From the NCBI GenBank assembly GCA_046761065.1, contig JBHIFL010000103.1:1-12239 (forward strand): DNA of 12,239 nucleotides, in the 5' to 3' direction. How positions within the stretch are numbered: the first letter of the stretch is position 1; the number at the start of each line of letters is the position of its first letter. Below are positions 7,561-12,239 of this stretch, one piece after another. Below the pieces are notes generated by a model. It was not told where the DNA came from and made no database searches. It worked only from the letters and a program-made list of their open reading frames with translations. The DNA is from Candidatus Heimdallarchaeota archaeon. GTDB taxonomy: Archaea > Asgardarchaeota > Wukongarchaeia > Wukongarchaeales > JBHIFL01. Both the position numbers and the translations under genes were made by a program.

Positions 7561-8916
7561 ATGAATAAAATAGATGCATTTATTGAAAATAGCAAAGAAC
7601 GATTTATCACCGAGTTGTTTGGCTTTTTACGACAACCGAGTATTAGTACCCAACAGATTGGAGTCCCAAATTGTGCTCAACTTCTCAAAAACGAAATGAT
7701 GAGAGTAGGAATCACTACCACGATCTTTGAAACCGTCCAGAATCCAATAATTTTTGGTGAGATGATTAGTACATTATCTAAAAAGACCTTACTTTTGTAT
7801 GGACACTATGATGTTCAACCTCCTGAGCCCTTAGAACTCTGGAAGTCCCCTCCCTTTGATCCAGTAATCCGAGAAGGCCGAATTTACGCGCGTGGAAGTT
7901 CAGATGATAAAGGACAACTTTTTACGGCTGTAAAAGCGATTGAAGCCCTCCTGAAGACATTAGGTGAACTCCCATGTAATGTTAAGTTGTTATTTGAGGG
8001 GGAAGAAGAAATTGGCAGCCCAAACCTCGAACCATTCATCATCGAGCACAAGGACCTCCTGAAAGCAGATGCGAATATAGGGCTTGATGGCAGCATACAT
8101 GAGACAGGACGACCTCAACTCATCTTAGGCCTTAAAGGGATGGCAGAGGCAACAATCCGGGTGAGAACTGCCAATCGAGATCTCCACTCGGGACGTGCAG
8201 CTGCGGTGCCCAGCGCGTCTTGGAAACTCGTGTGGCTACTCAATAAATTAAAGGGAGACGATAATCGAGTGCAAGTTGAAGGCTTCTACGACGATATCCG
8301 GGAGCCACTTCAGGAGGAACTTGAGGCCTTAAACAAGATTCCCGTGGATACAAAGGATCTTTTGGAGTTTTTAAACCTACACGAATTCATTGATGGAGTA
8401 GTCGATCTCAAATTCCTTCGAAAGCTGTTGTTTGATCCCACATTCAACATCCAAGGCATCCAAAGTGGTTATACTCTTGAGGGTTATAAGACAGTCCTTC
8501 CAGCAGAAGCTTTTGTCAAACTAGACATTCGGCTTGTGCCCGATCAGGACCCTGATGATATCCTTAACAAACTCGCAGCGTTTATCAAAAACATAAATGA
8601 TCCGGATATTACCCTTGAAGAGAATAGAGGAGCGAATTTGTATCCCTCAAGAACACCAATCACGGATCCCTTTGTAAAAATTGTCCGGAATTCAACGGAA
8701 GCTGTCTACCAAACATCACCAATCATTTTACCGAGCATTGCAGGTTCCGGTCCGGATTATGTGTTTACACGAATTCTTGGCCTCCCAAGTATTTGGGTCC
8801 CATGCGCACCTTTCGATTCAAACAACCATGCTCCAAACGAGAACATAACCATCCAAGGATTTATCACTGGAATAAGAACCGTTGCAAGAATTATGCAAGA
8901 TTTTGCCCAATCCTAA
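7561..8916 (+). CDS. M20/M25/M40 family metallo-hydrolase, dipeptidase-like (CNDP/Dug1-like), canonical di-metal site
   Basis: YGHYDVQP (H82), ARGSSDDKG (D115), EGEEEIGS (E149/E150), GLDGS (D176), DLHSG, DIRLVPDQDP and NHAPNE (H423). All five metal ligands and the catalytic Glu are present. Confidence 0.95.
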   Translation: MNKIDAFIENSKERFITELFGFLRQPSISTQQIGVPNCAQLLKNEMMRVGITTTIFETVQNPIIFGEMISTLSKKTLLLYGHYDVQPPEPLELWKSPPFDPVIREGRIYARGSSDDKGQLFTAVKAIEALLKTLGELPCNVKLLFEGEEEIGSPNLEPFIIEHKDLLKADANIGLDGSIHETGRPQLILGLKGMAEATIRVRTANRDLHSGRAAAVPSASWKLVWLLNKLKGDDNRVQVEGFYDDIREPLQEELEALNKIPVDTKDLLEFLNLHEFIDGVVDLKFLRKLLFDPTFNIQGIQSGYTLEGYKTVLPAEAFVKLDIRLVPDQDPDDILNKLAAFIKNINDPDITLEENRGANLYPSRTPITDPFVKIVRNSTEAVYQTSPIILPSIAGSGPDYVFTRILGLPSIWVPCAPFDSNNHAPNENITIQGFITGIRTVARIMQDFAQS

Positions 8917-9292
8917 CCACAATAATCGATTAAATTCGTTTATTGCTCAATCTTAATAGCCAATATTGCTTACAATACTAATGGGATTGTAAAAGCAATC
9001 ATAACCGAAGTTGGCAATAACCCTTTCTGAAAAGAAATCCATGATTTTTTGGTAAACACGGTTGATAAAGTCATTTTGAATTATAGTCTAAATAAAGACT
9101 GAAATAAAACTCGTTAACACAGTGGAACATATGTGCCTTGTAGTTTGATTATAAATAGGGTGAAGCATTCTTCTAAGACAATATACTTGTTGCAAATGAT
9201 CGTAATGGGATCAATAGCGTGCTGGTTTCTCAATATTCTCCACCATTTGGTCTAACATGGTCGAATCCATCCTTGCACTTCCGAGGGATAGA

Positions 9293-9342
9293 TTGGTAAA
9301 GAGGGTCTTAGAGTTTCTTGGCAAAGAGGGTCTTAGAGTTTT
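9293..9342 (+). repeat. Tandem direct repeat, 2 x 25 bp
   Basis: TTGGTAAAGAGGGTCTTAGAGTTTC (9293-9317) and TTGGCAAAGAGGGTCTTAGAGTTTT (9318-9342); 23/25 identical, no spacer. Confidence 0.95.
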
Positions 9343-9510
9343 TGATATCAGTTTTAACCCTTGTACCATAAGACAAATTCCTCTTTTTTGAGGTTATTTT
9401 GAAAAACTTTTCATGAATCATCTCTGACTGCGCCGCGTCACGGTGATGAAAGACTATAAAGAATAATGAGAGTTATTCAAGAGGTCTTGCGTTCTTCACA
9501 TGGTAAGTCA

Positions 9511-9557
9511 AAAGGTTTATCTGTTTACTCCTACCACCCTTCAGAATGAAGGAAGTG
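9511..9557 (+). promoter_or_regulatory. Putative BRE/TATA promoter and ribosome-binding site of the second M20 gene
   Basis: AAAAGG-TTTATCTG at 9511-9524; SD-like AGGAAGTG at 9550-9557, 7 nt before ATG 9565. Confidence 0.5.
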
Positions 9558-9564
9558 TTACCCC

Positions 9565-10977
9565 ATGGATCTTGCCAAAATCCATGCAAAGATCGATGAA
9601 CAGTTTATAACACACCTGGAAAAGATTCAGAATTATTTACGTATTAAATCCATCAGCGCGACGGGTGAAGGGATGGAGGAAACGGCAACAGCCACAGTAA
9701 AAGTTCTTGAGGAATTAGATGCCACAGAAGTTCATTTAGCAGAGACAACAGGTTACCCTGTTGTTTATGGTGAACGGATCATAGACCTCAGCAAAAAAAC
9801 ACTCCTTTTATATTCAATGTATGATGTACAACCAGTGGAAGCGGAGAAGTGGATGGTTGATCCTTTCGCAGGAGCCATCGTGGAGGAGTTTGAGGATCTC
9901 GGTCAGTGTCTTGTCAGTCGTGGAGTAATCAACACAAAAGGCCCCACCATGGCATTTTTTAATGCGCTAAAAATGATAATTGAAGTAGAAGGTGACCTTC
10001 CCTGCAATCTAATCTTTGCGATTGAAGGGGAGGAAGAGCTCGGATCCCTCCATTTTCCGGAATTTGTTAGCAAGTATTCTGAACAATTGAAACGTGCTGA
10101 TGGGGTTTATTTTCCGTTTTTTGCAGAAAATAAAATTGGAAAAGTGGAGATGTGGCTGGGAGTCCGGGGGATCATCTATTTAAAGTTGCGAGTACAAGGT
10201 GGAGGCTGGGGAGGGCCGAAAACTCGTCATATCCATTCCAGTAGTCACTCTTGGGTGGATTCCCCTGTATGGAAGCTAGTCCATTGTCTCGCAGACATGA
10301 AAGCCCCTGACGGCGTGATAAAGATCCCAGGGTTCTATGAGGATGTGATGCCACCGTCTACAGAGGATGAAGAGTTGCTGACAGAGTTAGCGGAAACTGT
10401 GGATTTTGAAATCATAAAGGACTCGTTAGACATCACTCGATTTCGCGATGATCTGGAAGGCAAAGACCTCCTCCGTCAGTACCTCTTCTCAACCACATTG
10501 AATATTGATGGGTTGGATGCTGGATATACTGGACCGGGAACCAAAACAATTCTTCCTTGTGAGGCAAGAGCGTATGTTGATATCCGTCTTGTACCGAATC
10601 AAGACCCAGAGAAACAGATAGCCCTTGTGAAAGAATTTCTCGCGAAATACCATCCCCTAGTTGAAATGGAGTCATATGATTCTTATCCTTGGGCGAAAGT
10701 AAGCATTCGGGAACCATTATGTCAAGCCTTACTTCGAACATATCAGGCGTTTGGAAAAGAGGTAGAGATATGGCCTCATCTGGGTGGATCGGCTCCTTTT
10801 TATTTGTTTAGTCGTAATTTAGGACTTCCCTTTATTGGAGGGGGTTTAGGTCATGGAGATCGAGCCCACTCGCCTAACGAATACGCAGTTGTAGCCGGAG
10901 ATAAAATTGGTGGAATAAAAGAGTTTGAAAAGTCTGTGGTGACCTTCTTACAGGAATTCAGTCAAACAGAATATTAA
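9565..10977 (+). CDS. M20/M25/M40 family metallo-hydrolase paralog with non-canonical metal site
   Basis: Colinear with the upstream M20 protein (KKTLLLY-SM-YDVQP, EGEEELGS, IHSS, TLNIDG...GYTGPGTKTILP, DIRLVPNQDP, AHSPNE), but with H->M85, D->N123 and D->P184/F185. Confidence 0.93.
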   Translation: MDLAKIHAKIDEQFITHLEKIQNYLRIKSISATGEGMEETATATVKVLEELDATEVHLAETTGYPVVYGERIIDLSKKTLLLYSMYDVQPVEAEKWMVDPFAGAIVEEFEDLGQCLVSRGVINTKGPTMAFFNALKMIIEVEGDLPCNLIFAIEGEEELGSLHFPEFVSKYSEQLKRADGVYFPFFAENKIGKVEMWLGVRGIIYLKLRVQGGGWGGPKTRHIHSSSHSWVDSPVWKLVHCLADMKAPDGVIKIPGFYEDVMPPSTEDEELLTELAETVDFEIIKDSLDITRFRDDLEGKDLLRQYLFSTTLNIDGLDAGYTGPGTKTILPCEARAYVDIRLVPNQDPEKQIALVKEFLAKYHPLVEMESYDSYPWAKVSIREPLCQALLRTYQAFGKEVEIWPHLGGSAPFYLFSRNLGLPFIGGGLGHGDRAHSPNEYAVVAGDKIGGIKEFEKSVVTFLQEFSQTEY

Positions 10978-11031
10978 TAAAATATCCTTTTCACGTTCTA
11001 GCTCTTTTTTATTTTTATTACCCATTGAATA

Positions 11032-11175
11032 AGGGGGAGAAGCAAGTTCAGTTGCTTACGGGCGAGGAGCAGGAGCCAGTTATATGATGACAACCTCTGC
11101 GATTTAGGGATGCGAATCCGGACCCAATTCGGAGCAAAACCTTCACACTAAGCAGAGTTAGATCTTTCTTTCTCT
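11032..11175 (+). ncRNA. Candidate structured non-coding RNA, family unknown
   Basis: GC island (59/120 G+C in 11041-11160 versus 13/50 in 10981-11030). Ends pair with G-U wobbles on the + strand. Contains nested stems, an upstream TATA-like T/A tract and a 3' pyrimidine tract. Folded by eye only. Confidence 0.45.
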
Positions 11176-11372
11176 AAAAAATATTTTTCCTCGCGTAAAT
11201 AGGCAACAGCCGATTATACGTCTTCTTTGAACAAATTAAGACCTAAAAAATGGATCAATTAATAACCTTGGTAGAATAACACGATTTGAAAGAGAATCCA
11301 GAATTTGGAAACCTTAAAAGTACTCAAAGATTAAATGTTAATTATTTAGGAGTGCATTATGGCGGATATATA

Positions 11373-12140
11373 ATGATCCCAAAACGTACGATCGGTTCCG
11401 AAGGTCTTGATGAGTTACTTGGGGGAGGCATCCCCGAAGACAGATGCCTTCTTGTAGTTGGCGGCCCAGGAACTGGAAAAACTACTATTGGGGTCCAATT
11501 TCTGCTTGAAGGAGCAGTGATTGGAGAAAATGGACTTCACATCCTTACAGAAGAAAGCCCAGCCGCCATTAATGCCCGCTTTGATTTTTTGCATCAGAGA
11601 GGGAAGGTAGATGCAACGTACAATAATGCATTGAAAACAGGTAAAATAACGATTATAGACCTTCTTTCCGCACGAATCGGCTATCGGGAAAAGTATAACC
11701 TCCCAAACATCATCTGCCCTCCTATTGTTCGTTTGGGGGATATATTGGGAATTATTTATGATGCTGTCCGCGACAACGATATCAAGCGGGTTGTGATTGA
11801 CAGTTTCCAGTCCTTTATAACGATAGCTGAACGAGAGGTAGTGCAACTCCGCGAAGTATTGCTTGCAATCATCGAACCTTATCGTAGGGTGCGAGTCGGA
11901 CTTTTGGTCACTTCTGAACGGCATACAACTAGTCATCTAGTTCCTATATCTATTGAACACGATAGTTATTTGTTTTTAGTACATGTATTTGATGGTGTAA
12001 TTTCGCTAGCCAAAGGGTTAGCCCAAAATCAAAGTATCCGTTCATTGAAAGTTGAAAAGGCGATATGGACAAAGCACGATCTTAGACCATACCGTTTTCG
12101 GATCTCAGAATCTGGAATCGAAGTTTTGGATCCCTTATAA
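11373..12140 (+). CDS. Single-domain KaiC/RAD55/GvpD-family RecA-fold ATPase
   Basis: GSEGLDELLGGGIP, Walker A GGPGTGKT, QFLLEG, TEES, Walker B RVVIDS, LVTSE, FDGVISL and C-terminal H..RPYRFRISESGIEV. ATG 11373 is preferred over the TTG at 11286 because family similarity begins there. Confidence 0.92.
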   Translation: MIPKRTIGSEGLDELLGGGIPEDRCLLVVGGPGTGKTTIGVQFLLEGAVIGENGLHILTEESPAAINARFDFLHQRGKVDATYNNALKTGKITIIDLLSARIGYREKYNLPNIICPPIVRLGDILGIIYDAVRDNDIKRVVIDSFQSFITIAEREVVQLREVLLAIIEPYRRVRVGLLVTSERHTTSHLVPISIEHDSYLFLVHVFDGVISLAKGLAQNQSIRSLKVEKAIWTKHDLRPYRFRISESGIEVLDPL

Positions 12141-12208
12141 TCAATCTATTATATCAATAGCAACCAATATTATCATTCTGAATAAAGGGAGTATAAAGTT
12201 TCTTGTGG

Positions 12209-12239
12209 GAGTGAGGGTCTCATAGCCGCGGTATGACAT
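12209..12239 (+). rRNA. Probable 5S rRNA, 5' end only (truncated by the window edge)
   Basis: CATAGC-CGCGGT-ATGACAT (12221-12239) fits the conserved 5S 5' pattern CAUAGC-N6-RYRACAY (loop A/helix II/loop B) as recalled from archaeal 5S rRNAs. There is an abrupt GC rise after an AT-rich promoter-like stretch. Only about 30 nt are visible and the start is approximate. Confidence 0.55.

Noticed and set aside
9293-9342. CRISPR array
   Set aside because: Only two directly abutting units, no spacer and no cas genes in the window.
11060-11100. Fluoride riboswitch or hammerhead ribozyme (GGCGA...GCC...UGAUGAC)
   Set aside because: The fluoride pseudoknot pairing does not form, the hammerhead CUGAUGA/GAAA core is incomplete, and no crcB-like gene follows.
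11111-11136. Methanococcus-type SECIS (GAA/A internal loop followed by G-C pairs)
   Set aside because: An extra U separates GAA from the CCG/CGG pairs, and the upstream gene ends in TAA with no in-frame UGA.
11032-11175. SRP RNA, RNase P RNA or true 5S rRNA
   Set aside because: Too short for archaeal SRP or RNase P RNA and lacks their core motifs (helix-8 GGAA loop; GAGGAAAGUCC-type P4). Lacks the 5S helix IV/V arm.
11286-11372. TTG-initiated N-terminal extension of the KaiC-like ATPase
   Set aside because: It covers promoter-like and SD sequence; family similarity begins at MIPKR.
7884-11936. Antisense ORFs 7884-8096, 10172-10354, 10433-10741 and 11415-11936
   Set aside because: They lie opposite the M20 and KaiC-like genes and have no recognisable domains.
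12208-12239. tRNA or tRNA-Sec 5' half
   Set aside because: A TCATA/TATGA hairpin exists, but acceptor, U8 and D-arm spacing does not fit; the 5S pattern fits better.

Overview
AT-rich prokaryotic window, most likely archaeal. That is inferred from an AbrB-PhoU fusion regulator, a single-domain RAD55/KaiC-like ATPase, TATA/BRE-like promoters and an apparently stand-alone 5S rRNA start; the lineage cannot be fixed from the sequence alone. Gene order: small membrane protein (+), panE (+), panB (+), MFS transporter (-, 5' end apparently frameshifted), LarA-family nickel-pincer racemase/epimerase (-), AbrB-PhoU regulator (-), a 57-aa ribbon-helix-helix-like ORF missing from the ORF track (+), two tandem M20 dipeptidase-like genes (+), a GC-rich structured ~145-nt intergenic element, a KaiC-like ATPase (+), and the truncated 5' end of a probable 5S rRNA. 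Strongest leads: (i) the second M20 paralog has lost exactly the three ligands of one metal site; (ii) a candidate unannotated ncRNA at ~11032-11175; (iii) a possible pantoate/beta-alanine supply or salvage module (PanB/PanE + alpha-hydroxy-acid racemase + MFS + dipeptidases); (iv) the KaiC-like ATPase lacks its arginine finger. No CRISPR array or transposase was seen.
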